Shown here: piece after piece, positions 41,976 through 51,840 of the stretch
How positions within the stretch are numbered: the first letter of the stretch is position 1
Layout of the letters: each line of letters opens with the position of its first letter
Made by a program: the position numbers and the translations under genes
Assembly: GCA_900016865.1 (NCBI GenBank)
Contig: FIZI01000001.1
Location: 31,028 to 95,027, forward strand
Reading direction: 5' to 3'
DNA from: an uncultured Clostridia bacterium
GTDB lineage: Bacteria > Bacillota > DTU014
Length of the DNA: 64,000 nt
The notes under the pieces: model-generated
The model's input: the letters and a program-made list of their open reading frames with translations, nothing else
Databases searched by the model: none
What the model was told of the DNA's origin: nothing

Positions 41976-43481
41976 CTAAGTCGCTCGGAATGTCGAGCGA
42001 ACTGCTTCTGCCATCTCCGACGGTTCAACGACTCTAAGATGTCGCTCAGGTTGAGATAACACCAGAGCGAGCTGTTCTGGGATTGGTTGGCCTGTCAGGC
42101 GTTCCAAGAGCTGAAGCAGTTCAATGTCAGACCTGCCCTCCATATTCCCATCGCCTGCTATGGCTGTCAGGACTGTTCTTGGGAACTTGAACGGACTGGC
42201 AGTCGAGAGGATAATGCTGAACGTATCATCGCGTGTTGCAGCCTGATACTGATCATATACTGCCTTTCCTACAGCCGTATGCGGATCGAGCAAATAGCTG
42301 TGATTCTCCCAGACGTCTCGGACGGTATCGACGACCGTCTCTTCATCGCACCACCCGGCCCAAAACACCTCGCGCAGTCTGTTCAGCATCGCCTCATCAA
42401 TACGATAAAAGCCGCGTTCATGCAGATCTGCCATCAAAGACCCGACCAGATCGTGATCGTGACCGCTGGCCTCGAAGATCAGGCGCTCCAGGTTGCTCGA
42501 TACAAGTATGTCCATAGACGGCGACGAAGTGCGGTAAAGTGGCCGTCTCCTGTCATAGACTCCGGTTGCGAAAAAATCCGTAAGCACGTTGTTTGCATTT
42601 GACGCGCATATCAGCCTATTGACCGGAAGCCCGATTCGCAGCGCATAGTAGCCAGCTAGTATGTTTCCGAAGTTGCCGGATGGAACAACGAAGTTGACCT
42701 TATCTCCTCTCCTGAGTTTGCCCGAGGCCACCGCATCGCAATAAGCTGACACGTAGTAAGCAATCTGAGGCGCCAACCTGCCCCAGTTTATCGAGTTGGC
42801 TGACGAAAAGACCCGCCCGGATGCTCTCATTTCACTGGTAAACCCAAGGTCCGTAAACAGCCGCTTGACCCCGGACTGGGCGTCATCAAAGTCGCCTACA
42901 ACGCCGAAGACGTTAACATTGCTCCCCTCTTGGGTGGTCATTTGGAGTCTTTGGATGGAGCTCACGCCTTCAGATGGGTAGAACACGACTATCTCAGTGC
43001 CAGGTACATCGCTAAAGCCTTCTAAGGCGGCTGAACCGGTGTCGCCTGAAGTCGCAACGAGTATGACAATCTTGCGCTCCTCGGCTGTAAGCTCAGCAGC
43101 CTTGCTCATGAGGAGAGGAAGCAGCTGCAGGGCCACATCTTTGAACGCACTCGTTGGCCCATGCCACAACTCAAGCACTGCTTCTGACTCGCTAAGGTAT
43201 CTCAACGGTGCTACGTCCGGATCAGAAAACCGATCGCGCCCGTACGCAGTTTCGATGGCCTTGAGCAGAATCTGCTCAGGGAAATCGTCAAAAAACGGCG
43301 CGAGAACAGTGTAGGCACGTCTGACATAGGGCTGACCTTCCAGCTCTAACAGGTCATGCTGATCTAGGTGCGGCAGTTCGACTGGAGTATACAGACCCCC
43401 ATCGGGGCCAATGCCTCTGACTACCGCCTCTGCCGACGACACCTGACGCTCTGTTGAAGACCTAGACGTCTCGTACTGCAC
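41976..43481 (-). CDS. thrC: Threonine synthase (long form)
   Basis: PLP lysine motif GPTSAFKDVALQ; GDTGSAA. GTG at 43481, 4 nt after the glyQS stop, is preferred; the longest ORF (43556) overlaps glyQS. Confidence 0.92.
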   Translation of the reverse strand: MQYETSRSSTERQVSSAEAVVRGIGPDGGLYTPVELPHLDQHDLLELEGQPYVRRAYTVLAPFFDDFPEQILLKAIETAYGRDRFSDPDVAPLRYLSESEAVLELWHGPTSAFKDVALQLLPLLMSKAAELTAEERKIVILVATSGDTGSAALEGFSDVPGTEIVVFYPSEGVSSIQRLQMTTQEGSNVNVFGVVGDFDDAQSGVKRLFTDLGFTSEMRASGRVFSSANSINWGRLAPQIAYYVSAYCDAVASGKLRRGDKVNFVVPSGNFGNILAGYYALRIGLPVNRLICASNANNVLTDFFATGVYDRRRPLYRTSSPSMDILVSSNLERLIFEASGHDHDLVGSLMADLHERGFYRIDEAMLNRLREVFWAGWCDEETVVDTVRDVWENHSYLLDPHTAVGKAVYDQYQAATRDDTFSIILSTASPFKFPRTVLTAIAGDGNMEGRSDIELLQLLERLTGQPIPEQLALVLSQPERHLRVVEPSEMAEAVRSTFRAT

Positions 43482-43485
43482 CAGC

Positions 43486-44901
43486 TTACTCCTCAACCTT
43501 AACCTTAACTTCTGACTCGGCAATCTTGGCCGACAGGTACGAAGCGAGCTCTGCAATCGGGACCCTGTCCTGCTGCATAGTATCTCGGTCTCTCACTGTC
43601 ACAGCGTTATCCTCTAACGAGTCGAAGTCAAAAGTGACGCAGTAAGGAGTGCCGATCTCGTCTTGTCGCCTGTAGCGACGCCCGATGCTTCCAGAGTCAT
43701 CAAAATCACAAGGGAAGCTCTCAAGCAGCTGCCTATGAACTACTCGTGCCTGCTCTGACAGTTTCTTTGACAGCGGAAGAACTGCGACCTTGATGGGAGA
43801 CAAGGCGGGATGCAGTCTTAGGACCACCCTGGTCTCTCCCCCTTCAAGCGTCTCCTGGTCGTACGCGTCGCAGAGAATCACAAGTGCCAAGCGCTCCACT
43901 CCGACTGACGGTTCGACACAATACGGGTAGAACCGCTCATTGGTGACCGGGTCGAGATACGACAGATCCTCTCCAGAGTACTCGCTGTGCTGCCTGAGGT
44001 CATAGTCCGTCCTGTTGGCTATTCCCCACAGCTCGCCCCAACCAAACGGGAACTTGTACTCGATGTCAACAGTCGCCTTGCTGTAATGCGACAGCTCTTC
44101 AGGGGAATGATCTCTCGTCCTAAGGTTCTCAGGCTTGATCCCTATAGCCTTGAGGAACTCCAGGCAGAACTGCTTCCAGTACGAAAACCATTGCTGGTCA
44201 GATCCCGGCTCGCAAAAGAACTCCAGCTCCATCTGCTCAAACTCGCGAGTCCTGAATATGAAATTACCGGGGGTAATCTCATTGCGGAACGCCTTCCCGA
44301 TCTGACCTATGCCAAAGGGAAGCCGTCTTCTGGTGGTCCGCAGGACGTTCTTGAAGTTCACGAACATGCCTTGAGCAGTCTCAGGCCGTAGGTAGACTTC
44401 AGACTGGGAGTCCTCGGTCACGCCCTGATAGGTTTTGAACATCATGTTGAACTGCCGGATGTCTGTGAAGTCAGATACCCCGCAGACAGGGCACTTGATC
44501 TCCTTGGACACTATGTAATCGCGCATCTGCTCATTACTCCAGCCATCCACAGCCAGACTCTGTCGTTCTTCCTCAGACAGTCCGCTCTTGATGACCTCGT
44601 CGGCCCTAAAGCGCGATTTGCAGTTGCGGCAATCCATCAACGGGTCAGCGAAGCTGCTGAGATGCCCTGACGCCTCCCAAGTCTTCGGGTTCATCAGGAT
44701 CGCAGACTGAATCCCGACGTTGTACTCATGGTTCCGGATGAAGGCGCTCCACCATAGTTCCTTTAGGTTGCGTTTGAGTTCTACACCGAGCGGCCCGAAA
44801 TCCCAGGTGTTGGCCAAGCCGCCGTAGATCTCGCTACCAGGATAGATGTACCCGCGCGTTTTGCAAAGATTAACTAGCGTATCCATGCTTACTAAAGCCA
44901 A
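43486..44901 (-). CDS. glyQS: Glycine--tRNA ligase (homodimeric class II)
   Basis: 471 aa. [58 protein letters not shown]. Confidence 0.96.
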   Translation of the reverse strand: MALVSMDTLVNLCKTRGYIYPGSEIYGGLANTWDFGPLGVELKRNLKELWWSAFIRNHEYNVGIQSAILMNPKTWEASGHLSSFADPLMDCRNCKSRFRADEVIKSGLSEEERQSLAVDGWSNEQMRDYIVSKEIKCPVCGVSDFTDIRQFNMMFKTYQGVTEDSQSEVYLRPETAQGMFVNFKNVLRTTRRRLPFGIGQIGKAFRNEITPGNFIFRTREFEQMELEFFCEPGSDQQWFSYWKQFCLEFLKAIGIKPENLRTRDHSPEELSHYSKATVDIEYKFPFGWGELWGIANRTDYDLRQHSEYSGEDLSYLDPVTNERFYPYCVEPSVGVERLALVILCDAYDQETLEGGETRVVLRLHPALSPIKVAVLPLSKKLSEQARVVHRQLLESFPCDFDDSGSIGRRYRRQDEIGTPYCVTFDFDSLEDNAVTVRDRDTMQQDRVPIAELASYLSAKIAESEVKVKVEE

Positions 44902-44939
44902 GTTACTCGCCCTCTCAGTCGTCTCACACTTTTGGACTC

Positions 44940-44967
44940 ATAATATCAGATCGACTACACTTGTCAA
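44940..44967 (-). promoter_or_regulatory. Sigma-70-type promoter for glyQS-thrC
   Basis: Minus strand: TTGACA (44962-44967), 16-nt spacer, TATTAT (44940-44945). Confidence 0.5.
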
Positions 44968-44977
44968 TCAGGCTTGC

Positions 44978-46564
44978 TCAGTCCTCAACAATCGGGCCGG
45001 CGTCAGCTATCTCGGCTGAAACGTCTGTGAACTGCTTGAAATTGTCAGCGAACTTACGGGCAAGCTCGCGTGCAACTCGGTCGTACTCGGCACCGTCTGC
45101 CCAAGTGCTCCGAGGGTTCAGTATGTCAGCTGGAACTCCCGGAACGCTTACAGGCACTAGGACCTTGAACACTGGGTGCGGAACACACTCGACCTTGTCC
45201 AGTTCGCCCTTAAGCGCAGCTGAGACCATCGCTCTCGTATAGCGCAGCTTGATACGCTCTCCTACCCCATACGGGCCGCCGGACCAACCGGTATTCACCA
45301 GATAAACAGATGCATTGTGTTCGTCGATTCTACTGCCAAGCATCTCGGCATAGACCGCCGGCGGCAACGGCAAGAACGGTGCGCCAAAACACGCAGAGAA
45401 GGTCGCCTGAGGCTCTGTGATCCCGCGCTCAGTTCCTGCAAGCTTACTAGTATAGCCAGACATGAAGTGATACATAGCCTGAGCCTTCGTCAGCTTGGAG
45501 ATAGGCGGAAGCACTCCGAAAGCATCTGCTGTCAGGAACAAGATGGTCTTCGGATGTCCTCCAACGCCAGGTATCACGCAGTCGGGTATGTACTCCACCG
45601 GATACGCGCCGCGGGTGTTCTCGGTGAGGCTGGCGTCGTCGTAATCAGGCACTCGCGTGAAGTCGTCCAGCACGACATTCTCAATATATGATCCAAAGCG
45701 CAGCGCCTCCCAGATCTGAGGCTCGTTCTCACGGGAGAGCTTGATCAGCTTGGCGTAGCAACCACCTTCGAAGTTAAAGATACCCCTGTCAGACCAGCCG
45801 TGTTCGTCATCGCCTATGAGACGGCGCTCAGGATCCGCGGACAGCGTGGTCTTGCCTGTTCCCGACAAACCAAAGAACAGCGCAGTATCTCCGTTATGCC
45901 CCATATTTGCACTGCAATGCATGGGCAGGACCGATTTCTTAGTCATGAAGTAGTTGAGCAGAGAGAACACTGATTTCTTGATCTCCCCGGCGTACTGAGA
46001 TCCTCCGATGAGGACCAGCCTCCGTTCGAAACTGACGACAATGAACGCCTCACTGCGAATCCCGTCTGTAGCAGGATCCCCCTCGAGCCCCGGGACTGCG
46101 ATGACTGTCAAATCTGCCTTGTGGTCCTTTAGTTCCTCCTGAGACGGCCTGATAAAAAGCTGGGTGCTGAACAGGCACTGTGCGGGAAGCTCGGCAATAA
46201 CCCGGACTCCCATCCTGTAGTCCTCGTCCGCCCCCACAAACCCGTCGAAGATATATAGATCGCGTCCTTGGACGTAGGCCAACATCTTGCGATAAAGATT
46301 CTCAAAGGCCTCGACACTGATCGGCACATTGACCTCGCCCCAGTTGATCTCATCATGGATCGAGGGTTCGTCCACTATGTACTTGTCCTTTGGTGACCGA
46401 CCAGTGTACTTGCCCGTCTCCACGCACAACGCACCGTTGGACGCGAGCACTCCCTCTCCTCTCATGATCGTGTGCTCTACCAGCTCGGCGACTGACAGAT
46501 TGCGGTAAACGTCGCCAACATTGCTGATACCAAGCGCACTCAATCCAAAATCACAGCTGCTCAT
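44978..46564 (-). CDS. pckA: Phosphoenolpyruvate carboxykinase (ATP)
   Basis: 528 aa. P-loop [27 protein letters not shown]. Confidence 0.96.
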   Translation of the reverse strand: MSSCDFGLSALGISNVGDVYRNLSVAELVEHTIMRGEGVLASNGALCVETGKYTGRSPKDKYIVDEPSIHDEINWGEVNVPISVEAFENLYRKMLAYVQGRDLYIFDGFVGADEDYRMGVRVIAELPAQCLFSTQLFIRPSQEELKDHKADLTVIAVPGLEGDPATDGIRSEAFIVVSFERRLVLIGGSQYAGEIKKSVFSLLNYFMTKKSVLPMHCSANMGHNGDTALFFGLSGTGKTTLSADPERRLIGDDEHGWSDRGIFNFEGGCYAKLIKLSRENEPQIWEALRFGSYIENVVLDDFTRVPDYDDASLTENTRGAYPVEYIPDCVIPGVGGHPKTILFLTADAFGVLPPISKLTKAQAMYHFMSGYTSKLAGTERGITEPQATFSACFGAPFLPLPPAVYAEMLGSRIDEHNASVYLVNTGWSGGPYGVGERIKLRYTRAMVSAALKGELDKVECVPHPVFKVLVPVSVPGVPADILNPRSTWADGAEYDRVARELARKFADNFKQFTDVSAEIADAGPIVED

Positions 46565-46628
46565 TCAATCTCCCTCTCCTTCCACTAGCTGTATGCACAA
46601 TCAGGGATACGCACGAGAGTGCGCATCT

Positions 46629-46682
46629 TGTATCAGCGGCCGTCACAGCGACGGCCGCAAGGCATGCTCAAGCCCTGATACA
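46629..46682. repeat. Nested inverted repeat in the pckA / small-ORF divergent intergenic region
   Basis: Inner 9-bp GC stem GCGGCCGTC/GACGGCCGC (46636-46644 / 46650-46658), nested in outer arms TGTATCAG/CTGATACA (46629-46636 / 46675-46682). Confidence 0.6.
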
Positions 46683-46823
46683 GGGGTATTGTCCAAAAAA
46701 GCTCCGACGCTACCATAGCATATAGCGAAAAAAACTGTCAAGCACCAAGCTCGATGTATACATAATACGTATGCGCACATTATCTCTATCACCCGGGGCA
46801 GACTACAACAGGAGGTGACAGCG

Positions 46824-46991
46824 ATGAGAATTCCCGCTACAAGCTTGGCGATTATTGGTCTAGGGGTAGCTGTTACTGCCCTAGGTTTGACTAAGGTCAA
46901 AGGGAACATCGGCTCCGGACTCGCCGGGTTTGGATTGGCCCACGTTGTTCTGGGCTTTCTCGATGCTTTGAGAGGAACTGTTCAGGATTGA
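46824..46991 (+). CDS. Small hypothetical membrane protein (55 aa, two hydrophobic helices)
   Basis: Below the ORF-track cutoff; own translation MRIPATSLAIIGLGVAVTALGLTKVKGNIGSGLAGFGLAHVVLGFLDALRGTVQD. ATG lies 7 nt after AGGAGGTG. Confidence 0.5.
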   Translation: MRIPATSLAIIGLGVAVTALGLTKVKGNIGSGLAGFGLAHVVLGFLDALRGTVQD

Positions 46992-47019
46992 CTAGAGTGA
47001 GACAGCAAGGAGGACGCCT

Positions 47020-47235
47020 ATGGAACACGAACAAAGGAGATGGATCTCCAATCAACTTATGTTCTGGGAATCTCATGAGTGGGACCAGGCTTACTCGGCA
47101 TGCGCACAGACCGATCCGGCCTTCGAACGACTGAGTGGGACCGAGCAAGTCACGTGCATGATCGGCTGGCTCATGAATCAATATCCCGTTTCCCTCGAGC
47201 AGCTGGAGGCAAGAAAGCGCAAAGTCAGAGTGTAG
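47020..47235 (+). CDS. Hypothetical protein (71 aa)
   Basis: ORF-track entry. ATG lies 5 nt after AAGGAGGA. No family recognised. Confidence 0.5.
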   Translation: MEHEQRRWISNQLMFWESHEWDQAYSACAQTDPAFERLSGTEQVTCMIGWLMNQYPVSLEQLEARKRKVRV

Positions 47236-47304
47236 CGCGTCGCCCCCTTAGTGATGTATGATGTAGACACAAGACTGTGTCCTCTTGCATCGGGGGTGGT
47301 AGCA

Positions 47305-47790
47305 GTGATAGTCAGGACCGCCATAGGTCAGGACAGCCATAGATTCGAGAGCTCTACTGCACGCAAGCCGCTTGTCCTTGGAGGTGTCATCATTCCAGAC
47401 CATGTTGGTCTCAGGGCAAACAGCGACGGCGATGTAGTCCTGCATGCCCTTGCAAACGCGATCTCCGGCATCACCGGAATCCCGGTGCTAGGTGAGATAG
47501 CGGATCAGATGTGCCTTGAAAAAGGCATTACCAACAGCGAAGAGTATGTTCGGAGGGCTATATCGGACCTAGGACCCAATCAGAGGATCAGCCACGTATC
47601 ATTTTCGATTGAATGTGTAACACCTCGCCTAAGCAACTACCTAACTGCCATGAGAGATTCGATCAGCCGCCTCCTGGGCATTGAAACCACCGACGTTGGC
47701 ATTACGGCCACTAGCGGCGAGGGGCTCACCGACTGCGGTAGAGGTGAAGGAATATCGGTGTATTGCGTAGTGACTGTAATCGAGGTATAG
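47305..47790 (+). CDS. IspF (YgbB)-family protein, divergent 2-C-methyl-D-erythritol 2,4-cyclodiphosphate synthase-like
   Basis: IGQDSHRF (the D-x-H metal site), NSDGDVVLHAL, ITATSGEGLTDCGRGEGI (canonical form is KATTTEKLGFTGRGEGI). GTG at 47305 after GGGGGTGG gives 161 aa. Confidence 0.75.
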   Translation: MIVRTAIGQDSHRFESSTARKPLVLGGVIIPDHVGLRANSDGDVVLHALANAISGITGIPVLGEIADQMCLEKGITNSEEYVRRAISDLGPNQRISHVSFSIECVTPRLSNYLTAMRDSISRLLGIETTDVGITATSGEGLTDCGRGEGISVYCVVTVIEV

Positions 47791-47793
47791 CAC

Positions 47794-47838
47794 TGCAAGT
47801 GAAGCCGGGATTCAGCAATTGTCCTGACTTCACTTGCA
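47794..47838. terminator. Hairpin between the convergent ispF-like and ABC permease genes
   Basis: 11-bp stem TGCAAGTGAAG/CTTCACTTGCA with a 23-nt loop. No clear U-tract on either strand. Confidence 0.4.
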
Positions 47839-47847
47839 TATCTGAGT

Positions 47848-48684
47848 TCACTCACGCCACTTTACTACCGACTCCTCCAAACGGGAAACCAAGTAGTACA
47901 GGACTACCGACACTCCTGACAGCAGTATAACACTGCTCATTACCAGGCTCATGTTGAACACTTGACCGCCATAGACGATCAGAAAGCCCAAACCCGCCTT
48001 TGACACTAGAAACTCTCCAACAATCGTGCCAACGAGCGACAACCCGACATTTACCTTCAGTGCAGATATCATGACAGGCACACTGGACGGTATGACCACC
48101 TTTTGCAGTACCTGCAACTTGGATGCCCCAAATGTCCTGAGGAGTTTCACCTTGTTCGGGTCAACCTCAGTGAATCCGGTATACACCATCATTACTGTAA
48201 CGATAACTGAGACTGCTATAGCCATCGCAACTATTGCGTCGACGTTGGTTCCCATCCATACGATGAAGATGGGCCCGAGAGCGACTTTGGGTATGGAGTT
48301 GAGAACGACAACATACGGTTCGAGCACCTTTGAAAGAAACGGCGACCACCATAGCAACACTGCAACTACAATCCCTATGAGTGTACCGAGAACAAAACCT
48401 GCAACCGTCTCCCCCACAGTATATCCTAGGTGCATCAGCAACTCGCCTCGTCTGGCGAGGTTGACTGCGGCCGCCCACGCTCTTGAAGGCTGTGAGGCTA
48501 TGAACGCGTCTATCCACCCTAGTCGTGCCGCTACTTCCCACAGGACGAATATCCCGATCAGGATCGACACACGCAGCACTACGACTACGGTTCTCATTCG
48601 CCGATTTCTTCGCATATACTGCACATGTTCCGGAGAATGCTGCTGAGCGTATCTCATGTCAATATCACTGCTCTTGTAACTCAC
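47848..48684 (-). CDS. ABC transporter permease (NitT/TauT family)
   Basis: 278 aa, six TM segments, BPD_transp_1-like loop. Follows the ATPase gene with a 4-nt overlap. Confidence 0.9.
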   Translation of the reverse strand: MSYKSSDIDMRYAQQHSPEHVQYMRRNRRMRTVVVVLRVSILIGIFVLWEVAARLGWIDAFIASQPSRAWAAAVNLARRGELLMHLGYTVGETVAGFVLGTLIGIVVAVLLWWSPFLSKVLEPYVVVLNSIPKVALGPIFIVWMGTNVDAIVAMAIAVSVIVTVMMVYTGFTEVDPNKVKLLRTFGASKLQVLQKVVIPSSVPVMISALKVNVGLSLVGTIVGEFLVSKAGLGFLIVYGGQVFNMSLVMSSVILLSGVSVVLYYLVSRLEESVVKWRE

Positions 48685-49478
48685 AGTTCACCACCTCCAA
48701 CAGCCTGGACCTCCCCTTCGAAGCTGTCGAGGTCTCTCCACACTGCGTTGAAATACCCGGAAAACTCCGGAAGCCGCCGGGTGGTCAGGGGCGTCCTTTT
48801 TGCACACTCAAACCTTATCCTGTGTTCGGATGCGATTGTCCCAGGCCTTGGTGTCATTACGACAATCCTGTCAGCAAGAGCGACAGCCTCAGCTATATCA
48901 TGTGTCACCATGATAACGGTCTTGTTTTCATCCTTGAGTATCCCGTAAACCTCCTCTGCAACCCTCAGCCTTGTCTGATAATCGAGTGCTGAGAACGGCT
49001 CATCCAAGAGCAGACAGTCGGGCCTGACAGCGAGTGTTCGAATAAGAGCGGCTCTCTGGCGCATTCCGCCAGAGAGTTGCCTAGGGTAATGATTCTCGAA
49101 GCCGCCTAAGCCATACCTGCGCATCAGCTCTCGGACTTCAGCAACTGATTCGCGGGTCTTCTCCTTGCGTACCTCTAGTCCGAGCAGTGCATTCTCCAGA
49201 ATGGTTCTCCACTCAAACAGGTAGTCGTGTTGGAGCATATACCCAATTCGCCTCGAGGGGCCAGTCACGCGTTCTCCACCGACATAGACCTCACCGCTAC
49301 TCGGTTTGATCAAGCCCGCCACTATCGATAGGAGGCTGCTTTTCCCGCATCCACTAGGCCCGACTATGACCACAAACTCGGATGGCTCCACACTTAGATT
49401 GACGTTGTGCAGCGCCCTCGTCTCGCCTTCCGGGTCGTGGTATACTAGAGAGACTCCGTTGATCGTGACTAACGACAT
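48681..49478 (-). CDS. ABC transporter ATP-binding protein (NitT/TauT family)
   Basis: 265 aa. Walker A GPSGCGKSS, signature LSGGMRQR, Walker B LLLDEPFSALD. Confidence 0.93.
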   Translation of the reverse strand: MSLVTINGVSLVYHDPEGETRALHNVNLSVEPSEFVVIVGPSGCGKSSLLSIVAGLIKPSSGEVYVGGERVTGPSRRIGYMLQHDYLFEWRTILENALLGLEVRKEKTRESVAEVRELMRRYGLGGFENHYPRQLSGGMRQRAALIRTLAVRPDCLLLDEPFSALDYQTRLRVAEEVYGILKDENKTVIMVTHDIAEAVALADRIVVMTPRPGTIASEHRIRFECAKRTPLTTRRLPEFSGYFNAVWRDLDSFEGEVQAVGGGEL

Positions 49479-49524
49479 GATGGAGGCTACCTCCTACGCA
49501 CGATAGGATCTGTTGTCCAACCAC

Positions 49525-50562
49525 CTACTCGCCCCTTGTTACCGCCAAGGCTATTGAATTGTCCATTAGAACGTCAAAGGGGACTCTTTGCGTCAGCTCA
49601 CCGGCTGATTCCATGATTGTCTGCAGGTTCTCAAAGCCGTCTTGAGATATTACGAGCGTCGGGTTCCAAGTTCCCTGGCTCTTGTACCTATCTACAATCA
49701 ACGCGATAATCTCGAGATCCGTATCTGGGAAGAAACTCTCGATGCTCCTTGCGATCTCGATAGGCTCGTGCTCCATGGTCCACTGCGTTGCACGATACAG
49801 CGCACGTGTGAACCTTATGAGGACATCGCGGTTCTTCTCAAGATAGTCCCGGCGCGCGTGATAGACCGTGTACGTTATAGGCCCGCCTTCAATGCCCATC
49901 GATGCCACGATTTTTCCTGCACCCGCCAATTCCAGTTGAGTCATAGACGGCTCGAACTGCGCGATGTAGTCACCCAGTCCTGCCTGAAACGCTCCGGGTG
50001 CGGCAGCAAACGCCAGGTGCGTGATGATTTCAACGTCGACAAACGGCTCAATCCCGTGTTTTTTCAACACGTACTCCAGCACCATCTCTGGCACGCCGCC
50101 TGGCCTAGCGCCCACTATCGTCTTTCCCCTAACGTCATCCCAGCTAAACTCCTCAGAAGCACCCCTCTGCATAAAAAAGGAGCCGTCCATTGTAGTCAGC
50201 TGTGCGAAACCTACGATGTAGTTCCTTGCGCCTTGATTGTAGATGTAGATTGCGGCCTCGGGCCCGAAAAATCCAATGTCTACACTTCCGGAGATAAGTG
50301 CCGCCGCTCCCTTATCGGCGCCCCAAGCCGTAGACAACTCGATTTTCAGCCCCTCGTCTTCGAAAAAACCCTCACTTAGGGCCACGTACTGAGGAACATA
50401 GAAGATCGACCTTACCACCTCCGACAACCTGACGACCTGCAGATCGTTGGCAGCTTGCGCAGGCCCGAGGGCCGCTAGGGTCAACAGTGCGAGAATTACC
50501 ATGGCTATAGGCACATATCGCCTAGTCAAAGCCAGACACCTCCTTGACGTTTCTCGGCTCAC
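49525..50562 (-). CDS. ABC substrate-binding protein, NMT1/THI5-like (sulfonate/nitrate/HMP-type)
   Basis: 345 aa. Signal peptide VILALLTLAALGPAQA and a periplasmic-binding fold resembling SsuA/ThiY-type proteins. Substrate not assignable. Confidence 0.8.
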   Translation of the reverse strand: MSRETSRRCLALTRRYVPIAMVILALLTLAALGPAQAANDLQVVRLSEVVRSIFYVPQYVALSEGFFEDEGLKIELSTAWGADKGAAALISGSVDIGFFGPEAAIYIYNQGARNYIVGFAQLTTMDGSFFMQRGASEEFSWDDVRGKTIVGARPGGVPEMVLEYVLKKHGIEPFVDVEIITHLAFAAAPGAFQAGLGDYIAQFEPSMTQLELAGAGKIVASMGIEGGPITYTVYHARRDYLEKNRDVLIRFTRALYRATQWTMEHEPIEIARSIESFFPDTDLEIIALIVDRYKSQGTWNPTLVISQDGFENLQTIMESAGELTQRVPFDVLMDNSIALAVTRGE

Positions 50563-50774
50563 AAAAGGCGACGAATCGCCCTTCTCCCACAGACATCAGC
50601 ATATTATTCCACCTGAATGGAATTGGTTCACCCGCCGTCTCGTCGGATACACGATCGGATCAGACTGTGGGCGTGCTGCGGGCACAACACACTGACCATG
50701 TCACAGGCATACTATGCTACTGGTACAGGTCAGGTCTCTGTCCCAACCCTAACGCGAAAGGAGGACTTCTCTGC

Positions 50775-50939
50775 ATGATAGGTCCTTACAAGATGAGACT
50801 AGCGAGAGCGTATATACCGTTTCAGAGGTACGGGCAGGTGTGGTCCCCTGCTGAAGGCCTGCGTCGGGGGACCATTTTCCCCGAGCTGTTTTCGCCATAT
50901 ATCCCTAGAGACAAAGGCAGTTGCGGCACATGCCAATGA
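50775..50939 (+). CDS. cotJA: Spore coat-associated protein CotJA
   Basis: MIGPYKMRLARAYIPFQRYGQVWSPAEGLRRGTIFPELFSPY matches the CotJA signature (ARAY-PFQ...GT-FPEL). ATG lies 9 nt after AAAGGAGGA. Confidence 0.8.
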   Translation: MIGPYKMRLARAYIPFQRYGQVWSPAEGLRRGTIFPELFSPYIPRDKGSCGTCQ

Positions 50940-50958
50940 CTAGAACGGGGGTGCTAAC

Positions 50959-51216
50959 ATGCAAAATGAGCAGATGGAGCTCATGCAGAGGCTCAGAGAA
51001 TTGGAGTTCGCAGCCGTTGAGCTGAACCTGTTCCTCGATACTCACCCTGAGAACCAGGAGGCGCTCAGGGACTTCAACAGAGTAGCCTGCGAGCTGGCAG
51101 AAGTGAGACAAACCTACGAGAACAAATTCGGGCCCACTATGAACTTTGGCGTATCTACGAGCAAAGGTCGATGGCAGTGGATCGACGGTCCATGGCCGTG
51201 GCAAGTGGGTTACTGA
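50959..51216 (+). CDS. cotJB: Spore coat protein CotJB
   Basis: 85 aa. ELEFAAVELNLFLDTHPENQEAL...YENKFGP is typical CotJB. Confidence 0.88.
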   Translation: MQNEQMELMQRLRELEFAAVELNLFLDTHPENQEALRDFNRVACELAEVRQTYENKFGPTMNFGVSTSKGRWQWIDGPWPWQVGY

Positions 51217-51267
51217 GTTCGTAGTGCATATGCCCCTACACAGCTGTGGACAGGAGGGAATCCAAAG

Positions 51268-51840
51268 ATGTGGATATATGAAAAAAAGCTCCAGTACCCG
51301 GTCCGGGTCTGCAGACCCAATCCCCGGCTGGCAAAAGAGATAATCACCCAATATGGCGGCCCCGATGGTGAGCTGTCCGCCTCACTGCGCTACTTGACCC
51401 AGCGCTACACGATGCCCACTGGGCAGGCCATAGCTACCCTAACGGACATCGGGACTGAAGAACTGGCGCACATGGAGATAGTCGCAGCACTTGTCTACCA
51501 ACTGGTCAAAGATGCTCCGTTGCATGAAATAAAGGAAGCCGGCCTCAGCAGTTACTACGCAGACCATGATAGGGCACTGTACTTCGTCAACGCTAGCGGT
51601 GTGCCTTGGACCGCTGCATACATCCAGTCGAAGGGAGATCCTATTGCAGACCTGCACGAAAACATGGCAGCCGAGGAGAAGGCAAGGGCGACATACGAAT
51701 GGCTCATCAACCTATCTGATGACCCGGACGTCACCGATGTTCTCAAATTCCTGAGGCAGCGCGAGGTCGTTCACTTCCAACGGTTCGGAGAGACTCTCAT
51801 GCGCGTGCAGGATTATCTACAGTGCAAAAAGGTCTACTGA
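51268..51840 (+). CDS. cotJC: Spore coat protein CotJC (manganese-catalase family)
   Basis: 190 aa. MWIYEKKLQYPV...GGPDGELSASLRYLTQRY...EELAHMEIV. Confidence 0.93.
   Translation: MWIYEKKLQYPVRVCRPNPRLAKEIITQYGGPDGELSASLRYLTQRYTMPTGQAIATLTDIGTEELAHMEIVAALVYQLVKDAPLHEIKEAGLSSYYADHDRALYFVNASGVPWTAAYIQSKGDPIADLHENMAAEEKARATYEWLINLSDDPDVTDVLKFLRQREVVHFQRFGETLMRVQDYLQCKKVY

Noticed and set aside
44902-44977. T-box upstream of glyQS.
   Set aside because: The intergenic space is only 76 nt and holds a good TTGACA-N16-TATTAT promoter. That is too short for a T-box leader.
50563-50774. Possible TPP (THI-box) riboswitch upstream of the NMT1/THI5-like ABC importer (a ThiXYZ-like arrangement).
   Set aside because: The minus-strand leader has loose resemblances (GAACC, GGTGGAATAATATGCTGA, GGGAGAA). 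It lacks the invariant CUGAGA and ACCUGAUCUGGAUAAUGCCAGCG cores in the right register. The obvious hairpin (ATTCCA-cctgaa-TGGAAT) does not fit the TPP fold. An Infernal scan would be needed.
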